A DNA stretch of 40,799 nt from Pseudomonadota bacterium (lineage in GTDB: Bacteria > Bdellovibrionota > FAC87 > UBA2466). Below are positions 9,370 through 17,404 of this stretch, one piece after another. The number at the start of each line of letters is the position of its first letter. The stretch's first letter is position 1. The notes under the pieces were generated by a model. The model saw nothing but the letters and a program-made list of their open reading frames with translations, was not told the origin of the DNA and did not search any database. The stretch covers positions 1 to 40,799 of the forward strand of contig JAYSWN010000038.1 in NCBI GenBank assembly GCA_043718025.1, read 5' to 3'. The position numbers and the translations under genes are program-made.

Positions 9370-10455
9370 ATGCCCATCACGCAAAGGCAATTGGAAGAAA
9401 TACTGGTTCTTGCGCAACGCACCCCCACCGGTGACAACTGCCAACCTTGGCAATTTTCATTTGATGGCAAACTCCTTTCAGTTCAACACCGCGAAGATCG
9501 CGGCCGGCACGCCCTGAACAAGAGGCTAATTGCCTCCCATTTTTCATTAGGGATGCTATTCGAAAGTCTTGAACTGGCTGCCCAAACCGTTGGGCTAAAG
9601 GCGCACGGCAAGATTGGTAAACTTGAAGTGTCAGATGGTATTTGGGCCACGTTTAGTTTTTCGGCCATTGAGACCAAAGTAGATCCACTCTCGGCTCAAT
9701 TGGGTTTCCGGTTCACGGATAGAAGAACCTTTTTGGGCGGTGGGACTGACGCCCTGAAACCACACCCCCTTTCGCCACAGCCAAAGGGGGAAGTCGGCTG
9801 TAAATACTATTACTCGGGAGTGAACGTTGGGGTCGCCCGATTTATCGCGCCCTTTGAATCCATTGTGCCCAAGGTCGACGAGTACTGCCGTGATCTCATG
9901 AAATGGGTACGATTCAACCCCGATTTCCGCACGGTAGACGGAATGCCTTGGCAAAGCCTGGGTATTGATTATGTGAGTTCGCGCATTTTCAAATGGCTAA
10001 ATCGATTTGGCCTTCTGGTTCCCCTAATGAAACTGGGCATGTCGGCTGAGCTGAAGCGAACCGCCAAAAAGAATGTGCTGTCCTCGGCCGGGCTTGGTTT
10101 GATCACCGTGCCGTCCACCGATCCAAGCCAAATTATCGATGCCGGTCGAATGGCGCTACGCCATTGGTTAAAGCTGAACCAAGATGGGTTTTCTTTACAA
10201 CCGCTTTCGGCCCTTTCGTTCTTTACCCTTTTTGAAGCCGAGGGTTGGCTCGCGGTTGATGAGTTGGCAAAATATCGGTCGCAGATTCAGAAAGGACTTC
10301 CCTGGTTTCGCACCACGTTTGGAATTTCAGACCACGAGTTGCCGCTCTGGCTATTCCGGGCTGGAAAAGGGAGACCGCGAAGCACCGAACTCACTCCTCG
10401 CTTACCCCTGCGAGATTGCCTTGTAATAAACGATTCAGCGGCTCGAGCAGCTTAA
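9370..10455 (+). CDS. Nitroreductase-like FMN oxidoreductase (Acg/OxzB C-domain type)
   Basis: AQRTPTGDNCQPWQF, FTDRR, AGRMALRHWL..GFSLQP and LFRAG..TPRLPL. ATG lies 4 nt after the AraC stop. Confidence 0.85.
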   Translation: MPITQRQLEEILVLAQRTPTGDNCQPWQFSFDGKLLSVQHREDRGRHALNKRLIASHFSLGMLFESLELAAQTVGLKAHGKIGKLEVSDGIWATFSFSAIETKVDPLSAQLGFRFTDRRTFLGGGTDALKPHPLSPQPKGEVGCKYYYSGVNVGVARFIAPFESIVPKVDEYCRDLMKWVRFNPDFRTVDGMPWQSLGIDYVSSRIFKWLNRFGLLVPLMKLGMSAELKRTAKKNVLSSAGLGLITVPSTDPSQIIDAGRMALRHWLKLNQDGFSLQPLSALSFFTLFEAEGWLAVDELAKYRSQIQKGLPWFRTTFGISDHELPLWLFRAGKGRPRSTELTPRLPLRDCLVINDSAARAA

Positions 10456-11738
10456 GCGAGCAGCTCGACCGGCACCGCGCTGACTCTGTCGATCTGGTGC
10501 AGACTTACCACCGAGGACAATAAAAATAGTCCGACCACCGGTCCGAAGGCCCACGCTACATAATGCATTCGCGTGGGATCAAGTTGTCCGGGGGAAGAGC
10601 TTATCCAGGCGACAAACTGCCCGGTGACAGCAATCGACAAAGCCCGCGACGCTTTACCGGAAAATTTCCAAACGCCAAAACAGGTTGCAAGCCCAGAGCC
10701 ATCCACCTTAGCCACCTCCGTCACGTAGGCTTCAAGCAATCCGCAGACCGCCATTAATCCGCCGAGCACTAAGTTGGCGGCCAGGGCGTATTCAACCTTT
10801 CCGTGCGGAAGAAGCGGATAAATTAACGCGACACCGCCCGCAAATAGACTCAACCCCATTCGAAGCGTCGCGCCTCGCCCCCATCGGTCAGATAGTTTGA
10901 CCCAGAGCGGCGCCGCAAAACAGGAACTCACAAGAAAACAGGCCATCGCCAATTTCGACTCTGAATCAGTCAATCGCAGATAGGGACCGTAAAAATAGAG
11001 AGAAAGGGCCGTCGATATTCCGATCCCCATCATGCCAATAAAGTAGGCCAGTAACAGCCAGACAAAATGGCGGTTAAGAAAGCCTTTCGGCGGTTTCGAA
11101 AGAATCTCTGCAAATTTCGGCTGGCTATTCGCCGGAAGTATACGAACGAGCAGGATCGCGGCCACAAAAACAAAAATCGCGAGTGAAAATGCGACGCCCC
11201 GGGGAGAGACATGCCAAGAAACCATGAGCGAGGGAATCAACACGGCCATTACCGCGCCTAAGTTGCCGAGAATAAATCGCCAGGCATAATTTTTTCCGAC
11301 GGCGGCGGGGGAAGTGGCGCCTTCGCCGCCCAATGCCGCGTAGGGAATGCCAATAATGGTAAGCCCCGTATTCAAAGCGCAGTAGACAATTAAAAGATAC
11401 CAAAAGGAGACCGCGCTGGCCTCGGTGCGGGCAGGCAGAAAAAGCGCCCAGACCGAGGCCGCAATGACGATTGGCCCAAGAACCAGGTAGGGGCGCCGAT
11501 TGCCCCAACGAGTTTTGACGCGATCAGCAAAAATGCCCATGAGCGGATCGCTAACCGCGTCCCACATCACGCCAATGGCCAGCGCCAACCCCGCTAAACC
11601 TCCATCCATCCGATGGGTTTGAGTGTAGAAAATAAGTAGGAAATATCGAACAAAGTACTCAATTCCCGTCAGTCCGAGTTCGGGTAATGCGTATAGCACC
11701 GGGCGTAATGATTCCGTTCGTTTTCGAAGAAAAGTCAA
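10452..11738 (-). CDS. MFS transporter, GPH/MelB (MFS_2) family
   Basis: WDAVSDPLMGIFADRVKTRWGNRRPYL, IPYAALG and PLWVKLSDRWG, with about 12 TM segments. Confidence 0.92.
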   Translation of the reverse strand: MTFLRKRTESLRPVLYALPELGLTGIEYFVRYFLLIFYTQTHRMDGGLAGLALAIGVMWDAVSDPLMGIFADRVKTRWGNRRPYLVLGPIVIAASVWALFLPARTEASAVSFWYLLIVYCALNTGLTIIGIPYAALGGEGATSPAAVGKNYAWRFILGNLGAVMAVLIPSLMVSWHVSPRGVAFSLAIFVFVAAILLVRILPANSQPKFAEILSKPPKGFLNRHFVWLLLAYFIGMMGIGISTALSLYFYGPYLRLTDSESKLAMACFLVSSCFAAPLWVKLSDRWGRGATLRMGLSLFAGGVALIYPLLPHGKVEYALAANLVLGGLMAVCGLLEAYVTEVAKVDGSGLATCFGVWKFSGKASRALSIAVTGQFVAWISSSPGQLDPTRMHYVAWAFGPVVGLFLLSSVVSLHQIDRVSAVPVELLA

Positions 11739-11763
11739 TTTTGCCCATGCCCTTATTTGGCCC

Positions 11764-11797
11764 CCCCTTTAAATTAGGGGAAGCGGCGTCCGACGCC
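11764..11797. promoter_or_regulatory. Two adjacent inverted repeats in the divergent MFS/methyltransferase intergenic region (possible operators)
   Basis: CCCCT-ttaaatt-AGGGG (11764-11780) and GGCGTC-c-GACGCC (11785-11797). Confidence 0.3.
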
Positions 11798-11837
11798 ATT
11801 TCACCCAATCATTGTACGTAACGCAGGGGGTAGCCAT

Positions 11838-12584
11838 ATGTATCTTTTTGAATTCCTGGACCAGGATTGGCTTCCTGGGTCGATTCGAACCACTATGTTA
11901 GAAATTCTAGAAACCGTAAATTCATTCCCATTCCGCGGATACGACCGTTGGATAGTAGATGAGGTTTTACGTTTAGCAAATGAAGATGGAATTACCCATA
12001 TCGTTGAATTGGGCGCCGGAGCCGCCCCGTTAACCAAGGCTTTAGCCAAACGCCACGCTGCCGACGCGCTTTCTTTGAGCTATTGCGATCATTTTCCGGA
12101 TACGGCGGCGTTTGCCGCCATTCACCAAAGCTTGGGAGATCGAGTGACTCCGATTTACGACCCGGTCGATTTCTCGTTGCATCACAAGTGGCCTGAAAAC
12201 ACTTTGCTGGTGCTCTCGGCCACCTTTCACCACATCTCGTTTGAACGCCGAGCCGAGGTTATTGAAGCGCTCTCTACTTCTGCCCAACGAGTGGTGGTTT
12301 TCGAACCACTGCGAAAAAACATACTCTCGATCATCTTGGTCCTGCTGTCGCTCATACCGTCTTTGCTTCTTCCCCTGCTTAAACCGGGAAAAGGTTCACT
12401 ACGCCGAATGCTTTGGTGTTGGCTTCTCCCCTTGGCCCCGCTGCTTTTTGTTTGGGACGGAGTGATCTCGTGCCTAAGGCAATGGAGCCAACTGGAATGG
12501 ACCAGTCAGATCTCTAGAGCCCTTGGGGAAAAAGCGTTCCCTCGAGTTAAGGAAACTTTCTTCAGCCAAATGGTCTTATGGTAA
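11838..12584 (+). CDS. Class I SAM-dependent methyltransferase-like protein
   Basis: Motif I IVELGAGAAP, SATFHHI, VVVFEP and a hydrophobic C-terminal LLFVWDGVISCLR. RBS AGGGGG upstream. Confidence 0.8.
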   Translation: MYLFEFLDQDWLPGSIRTTMLEILETVNSFPFRGYDRWIVDEVLRLANEDGITHIVELGAGAAPLTKALAKRHAADALSLSYCDHFPDTAAFAAIHQSLGDRVTPIYDPVDFSLHHKWPENTLLVLSATFHHISFERRAEVIEALSTSAQRVVVFEPLRKNILSIILVLLSLIPSLLLPLLKPGKGSLRRMLWCWLLPLAPLLFVWDGVISCLRQWSQLEWTSQISRALGEKAFPRVKETFFSQMVLW

Positions 12585-13465
12585 TTCAGCCTGCAACTTA
12601 CCCTTCGAAAGTCTTTGATTATGAAACCGCATTCAGCCGTAACTTAGGCTTGATCGCAAAAAAGGAGCAAGATTCTCTCCGCCGCGCCGTAGTTGCGATT
12701 CCAGGAATGGGTGGCGTAGGTGGGCTTCACCTGATGACCCTCGCCCGACTAGGAATTGGAAATTTTCACATCGCCGACGGCGACCATTTTGAGCTGGCGA
12801 ATTTCAATCGCCAGTTCGGCGCAGTTTATGGAACGATCGGACAAAATAAGGCTCAAGTGATGGCGGACCTTGTGCGATCGGTGAATCCTGAAGTGAATCT
12901 GCGCAACCTCGGCGGCAATGTAACTCAAGACACGTTAGAAGAATTTCTTAAGGGGGTGGATCTCGTGGTGGATAGTCTCGATGCATTCGCCACCGATCAT
13001 CGAAGAGATCTCTTTATGGCCTGTTTTAGAAAAAAAATTCCGGTCATCACCTGCGGCCCAATCGGATTCAGCACTTCTATGCTCGTGTTTTTGCCTGACT
13101 CCATGAACTACGACGATTACTTTCACTACTCCCAAACCGATTCACCATCGCTCTCTTTCTGTAAGTTTTTAGCCGGTCTCTGCCCCGACATGCGCTTTCT
13201 TTCCTACTTAGATACCAGTTCAGTGAAACGGGAATCAAGGCAAGGGCCTTCGGTTTGCAGCGCGGTTACCCTTTGCGCTGGGTTTGCGGCCACGGAAGCC
13301 ATAAAGATTCTGCTTAATCGAGGAAAGGTTTTTGCCACTCCGTTTTTTCACTGCTACGACCCGTTCCTAAATCGCTTTGAACGAGGCCGTTTAAGATGGG
13401 GCAATCGTGGACTCCTCCAGAAAATAAAAATTGGGCGCCTACAAAAGGGACTATTTCCGGCATGA
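12578..13465 (+). CDS. ThiF/E1-like adenylyltransferase (stand-alone)
   Basis: AFSRNLGLI, VAIPGMGGVGG, IADGDHFELANFNRQ, NKA, DLVVDSLD and GPS..SAVTLCAG. Overlaps the upstream gene by 7 nt. Confidence 0.92.
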   Translation: MVIQPATYPSKVFDYETAFSRNLGLIAKKEQDSLRRAVVAIPGMGGVGGLHLMTLARLGIGNFHIADGDHFELANFNRQFGAVYGTIGQNKAQVMADLVRSVNPEVNLRNLGGNVTQDTLEEFLKGVDLVVDSLDAFATDHRRDLFMACFRKKIPVITCGPIGFSTSMLVFLPDSMNYDDYFHYSQTDSPSLSFCKFLAGLCPDMRFLSYLDTSSVKRESRQGPSVCSAVTLCAGFAATEAIKILLNRGKVFATPFFHCYDPFLNRFERGRLRWGNRGLLQKIKIGRLQKGLFPA

Positions 13466-14670
13466 GCTCCTCACGGGTTTTGATTTCACGACTTCCCCGG
13501 TTTCTAAAAGGGCTACTCTTTCGCAATCGCCTGCGACTCCAAGACGATATCGCCCCATCCATGTGGATCGGGGTGGCTAAGACGCAGAGCGATTTAGAAT
13601 CGGCGTTCCGATTGGTTCACGACTCTTACGTTGAAAGTGGGTTTATGAAACCCGACCCATCGGGGTTACGAATTACCAAGTACCACTGCCTTCCCACCAC
13701 CACCGTACTTTGCGTTAAGTCCGGGGGTGAAGTGGTTGCCACGGCCACCGTGATTCAAGACTCACCTTTTGGGTTACCGATGGATGGTATCTTCGATATG
13801 TCGGCCTACCGTAAGGGAGGCAAGAAGCTTGCAGAAATCTCTTCGCTGGCGATTGCACCCACGTTTAGGGGCGCAGCCACCGTTTGCCTCTTTCCGCTTA
13901 CTAAATTCATTCACAACTATTGCGATCGCTATTTAAAATTAAATTACATGGTCTGTGCGGTAAATCCTAAGCACCAAGACCTCTATGAAGCGATTCTTTT
14001 GTTCAAAAAAATAGGCCAGGCAACCGTTGCCAAATATAACTTTGCCAATAACCAGCCTGCCGTGGGCCATTTTTTCGATCTCAATCGTGATCCCCATCGT
14101 TTTGCAAAAATTTATTCTGGAAAACCGAAACACCGCGACCTGTTTCGCTACTTCTACCAGAAGAGTCTGTCCATTCTTGAGTTTCCAAATCGCGCGGTAT
14201 TCCGTGGATCTGATCCAACGTTAACTCCGGAACTGATGCATTACTTTTTCAATCAGCGAGTCCAATTATTTCAGCAGCTGACGGCTGAAGACATGGGTTA
14301 CCTCCAGGTACTTTTCGGCAACACCACGTTTGGCGCCGTTCTTCCTGGAGGGGCTCAATCATCTAGTCGGTTTCCCTCCCGCCGTGAGACTCGCCACCCC
14401 ATCACCCTCCGTGGCGTGCTGTTCCCCTTAGGGATTAGACCAAAGGCGATAAAAATCCGCGATATTTCCCCCGGCGGATTTCAAGCAGTTTTAGAATCGG
14501 GAGGTCTGAGGGTTGGCTGCAAAATGATGGCCGAGCTGCAAATTGGCCGACGGCGCACCGTTCGGCTCTCAACTACCGTGCGTTGGAACAAAGATGGCCT
14601 CACTGGCTTTTCGGTAGAGAACGCCCCTGATGAATGGAGCGATTTTCTGCAGCAGGCTGGTCAGTTCTAG
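13462..14670 (+). CDS. FeeM-type N-acyl amino acid synthase (GNAT) fused to a C-terminal PilZ domain
   Basis: AFRLVHDSYVESG, DSPFGLPMD, LAEISSLA and AVNPKHQDLYEAIL fit FeeM/NasY. RRETR (RxxxR) and DISPGG (DxSxxG) plus VRW..GF fit PilZ. ATGA overlap with the ThiF stop. Confidence 0.88.
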   Translation: MSSSRVLISRLPRFLKGLLFRNRLRLQDDIAPSMWIGVAKTQSDLESAFRLVHDSYVESGFMKPDPSGLRITKYHCLPTTTVLCVKSGGEVVATATVIQDSPFGLPMDGIFDMSAYRKGGKKLAEISSLAIAPTFRGAATVCLFPLTKFIHNYCDRYLKLNYMVCAVNPKHQDLYEAILLFKKIGQATVAKYNFANNQPAVGHFFDLNRDPHRFAKIYSGKPKHRDLFRYFYQKSLSILEFPNRAVFRGSDPTLTPELMHYFFNQRVQLFQQLTAEDMGYLQVLFGNTTFGAVLPGGAQSSSRFPSRRETRHPITLRGVLFPLGIRPKAIKIRDISPGGFQAVLESGGLRVGCKMMAELQIGRRRTVRLSTTVRWNKDGLTGFSVENAPDEWSDFLQQAGQF

Positions 14671-14687
14671 TTTTCTGAGGGGTAGAC

Positions 14688-15620
14688 ATGGGAGCGCCAC
14701 TTCGTTCAGAAATTAAAGTACTAATACAACCCCAACTAAGTCGGTGGCTCGTGCGAGTGCTCCGCAACTGGGTTGAGATTGGGATCGTGGTGGGGGGGAT
14801 GGCCTGGGCCAAACACCCCGTTTTCTATCTGTTGGGCATTTGGGTTCTTGCGACTCGTCAGCACGCGCTAGCGATCATGGGGCACGACGGGGCTCACTAC
14901 TCAGCGTCCACCAATCGCGCCGTCAACGATTGGTTAAGCTGCCTACTCACCTTTTGGCCCATGGGCATGGGAATCGGCGGCTACCGCAAATTTCATTTTC
15001 TCCACCATAGCGTAACCGGTAAACCCGACGACCCCGAGCTCATTCATAAACGGTGGGCGTCTCCCGAGTGGTCCACTCCCATCACGCGCCCGCGAATTCT
15101 CTACTACCTCATGCGGGATCTACTTGGATTTGGAGTACGTGATATTTATCGGGTGATTCGCATTGTGCGGCCTGCGACAGTAAGCGATTGGCTAGGGCCA
15201 TTGATTTGGTGGAGTGTTGCCCTATGCGGCCTGTATAAAATCAACGCGCTTTGGATCGCGGCGGCATGGCTAGCCTCCCTTTATTCTGCTTATTGGGCGG
15301 TCTTCCGCATACGAATGTGGACGGAGCATACCGGTACTACTGAAACTCACCGCGTAAGTGCCTCATTTTGGCAGAAAGTGATTTTTCTTCCTCACAACAC
15401 CTGGTGCCACTACGAGCACCATCGCTATCCGGCCGTGCCGTGTTGGAATCTTCCGATCGTACGCAATTTAGAGCCCGCTCCGCCCAGTATCACGGTAATG
15501 AAACTCCTCTCAGACTACGCAAACTATCCGACAACCAGTTATGGGCTGCCGCAGCTTTCGGATTCTGGATCTCGAAAACTTGACGTGGGATTGTCGGCCA
15601 AGACTTCAGCAACGGGTTAA
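14688..15620 (+). CDS. Membrane fatty acid desaturase family protein
   Basis: Three His boxes HDGAH, HFLHH and HYEHH, plus EH and YPAVPCWNLP. RBS GAGGGG upstream. Confidence 0.92.
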   Translation: MGAPLRSEIKVLIQPQLSRWLVRVLRNWVEIGIVVGGMAWAKHPVFYLLGIWVLATRQHALAIMGHDGAHYSASTNRAVNDWLSCLLTFWPMGMGIGGYRKFHFLHHSVTGKPDDPELIHKRWASPEWSTPITRPRILYYLMRDLLGFGVRDIYRVIRIVRPATVSDWLGPLIWWSVALCGLYKINALWIAAAWLASLYSAYWAVFRIRMWTEHTGTTETHRVSASFWQKVIFLPHNTWCHYEHHRYPAVPCWNLPIVRNLEPAPPSITVMKLLSDYANYPTTSYGLPQLSDSGSRKLDVGLSAKTSATG

Positions 15621-17404
15621 GGTGTAGTCGCTTCAAAACCCGTGGTCCTTAACTGAACTACGTACTCTTTTTCTCTTTTGGTCAGGCGGTTGTCTTTTTC
15701 TAGCGTCTTAAAAAATTCCATGATTGAAGGGTAGTCTTTATGTTCCTGCTGCCCCAACGCGGAGAGAATCTGCATTCGTTCCGATACGTGGGAGGTGCCG
15801 TACTGCTGCAACAACGATTGATAGCGGGGCAGCAATTTCTGGCAGGCAGCTTCGCTGAACGGACGAAATTCCAGAGCGTGCAAGGCCGTTCGTCGGCGAT
15901 TGGCGGACCCATCTTGCGTTCCCACCGCGAGCAAAACCTTCTCGGACTCAGGAGTTCGGATGAGCCTTAAGGCGTCGAGCGCTTGGTCACCGAGGTAGCC
16001 TTTGTCACTTCGCGCCAACTCGCCCAGAAAAGGCGTGGAATCGGCAGAAGCCAAATTTCCCAGAGCCGACAGTAGCTCGCCTTTTTCTTTCTCGCTTTTC
16101 GCTTGAGGAATTTTTTCTTCCCATTTTCTGCGCAGGGTATCTCGAAGCCCCTCATCTTTTAAAACCGTGGCTGCGCCGGCCGAAGCAAAGAGTGCAGCCT
16201 GCTTGATTCGGCCAGAATTAGTGTGGTCTTCAGAAATGCGCACCAGGTTTTCGACGGTCTCCTTATCCACAAAATCAGAAAGTTGTTGGGCGCGCATCGT
16301 GCGAATGGCCAGCCGCTCTTTTCGAGAATTGAGATAAAAGTCGATCAACTGGCGCAAAGCCGCTTGCGCCTCGGCAATTTCGGCATTGGCCAGCGCTGAA
16401 ATTAAAAAAGCACTGCGTTCTTCTTGGTTTATAAGTTTCTCTAAAGCCAATCTAACCAATTCCACTTCTTTTGGGTTTTGTTCTAATCGCCCGGTAAGCT
16501 CTTCGAGAGTTTTTAAGGGATCCGCCTGTTTACTTATTTCGGCGAGCAGATCTGCAGTGCTTTTGGTTACCCCTTTCTGGGCCACCGCGGCGTCAAATTC
16601 AAAAGCGGGTGAGACACTTATCAGATGGTGATCGATCAAAAATTGGTCAATGTGTGCCGTTTCGCAGCGAATTTTCTCGTCTTCAGGCAGTAGTAAAGGC
16701 GGGGCCGCCAAAAAGCTCACCTCGTTAGTAAATTCGGCCGGACCGCGCGCCGGGTCCCATTGCTGGGTAAACTTGAAATTTGAATCTGCTTTTAAAGGCA
16801 ATATCTCGTCTCCCCAATGCAAGGTCACCAGTGATGAAACAATGCGGGGAATTGAAGAGGGGTGATGCATTTTATTGTACTGCAACTTCCGTTTGCTGAC
16901 CTCATTGCCTTTGGCCTCGTAACTGACCTGAACTTCGCCAAATCCGTCGTTCTCCGTCACCACTCCCGAAGTCCTTTTAAAACTTAGGCTTTCAATAAAG
17001 TACTTAACCAAATTGGTCGCAATGACCGGCGGTTTGGAGCCTGCCCCCCAAAAGGCGAAGGGTTTCTGGTTCGACACTTGCACAAAATAGGTCACGGCCT
17101 CAATTGCCGGGATCAAGCTCAGCATTCCCTCGGGATAGCCCTGAAGACTAAGCGCGCGGGTGGTTACCTGGTAAAGAATGGCGCCGTTGAGCGAAGCAAC
17201 CGGTGACCAACGAAGCTTTGCCTTGGCCACCAATTCGCCACTAAGTCCCTGAGTTTCCGTGTTTTGCTTCTGTCGAGAAGTCACATCGTACTCAAAAAGC
17301 GTGGCGCAGGGGCCCGGAGAGAGTTGATTCGAACGAAACCAAAATAGAACTAGGGCGCTTATGCCGAGTGCTGCACCCATCGCAATGAGAATTTTTTTTG
17401 TCAC
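15617..17404 (-). CDS. Membrane-anchored protein with a beta-rich N-domain and HEAT-like repeats (vitellogenin/MTP N-terminal-like)
   Basis: N-terminal anchor, beta region (ENDGFGEVQVSYE..KRKLQY), then helical repeats ISALANAEIAEAQAAL, LLSALGNLAS and ALDALRLIRTPE. Confidence 0.7.
   Translation of the reverse strand: MTKKILIAMGAALGISALVLFWFRSNQLSPGPCATLFEYDVTSRQKQNTETQGLSGELVAKAKLRWSPVASLNGAILYQVTTRALSLQGYPEGMLSLIPAIEAVTYFVQVSNQKPFAFWGAGSKPPVIATNLVKYFIESLSFKRTSGVVTENDGFGEVQVSYEAKGNEVSKRKLQYNKMHHPSSIPRIVSSLVTLHWGDEILPLKADSNFKFTQQWDPARGPAEFTNEVSFLAAPPLLLPEDEKIRCETAHIDQFLIDHHLISVSPAFEFDAAVAQKGVTKSTADLLAEISKQADPLKTLEELTGRLEQNPKEVELVRLALEKLINQEERSAFLISALANAEIAEAQAALRQLIDFYLNSRKERLAIRTMRAQQLSDFVDKETVENLVRISEDHTNSGRIKQAALFASAGAATVLKDEGLRDTLRRKWEEKIPQAKSEKEKGELLSALGNLASADSTPFLGELARSDKGYLGDQALDALRLIRTPESEKVLLAVGTQDGSANRRRTALHALEFRPFSEAACQKLLPRYQSLLQQYGTSHVSERMQILSALGQQEHKDYPSIMEFFKTLEKDNRLTKREKEYVVQLRTTGFEATTP

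Noticed and set aside
12578..13465. ThiF as a RiPP (microcin C-like), ubiquitin-like or CBASS/defence E1 enzyme
   Set aside because: No precursor peptide, ThiS/Ubl, E2, JAB or cyclase gene nearby. Coupling to a FeeM-type acyltransferase explains it better.
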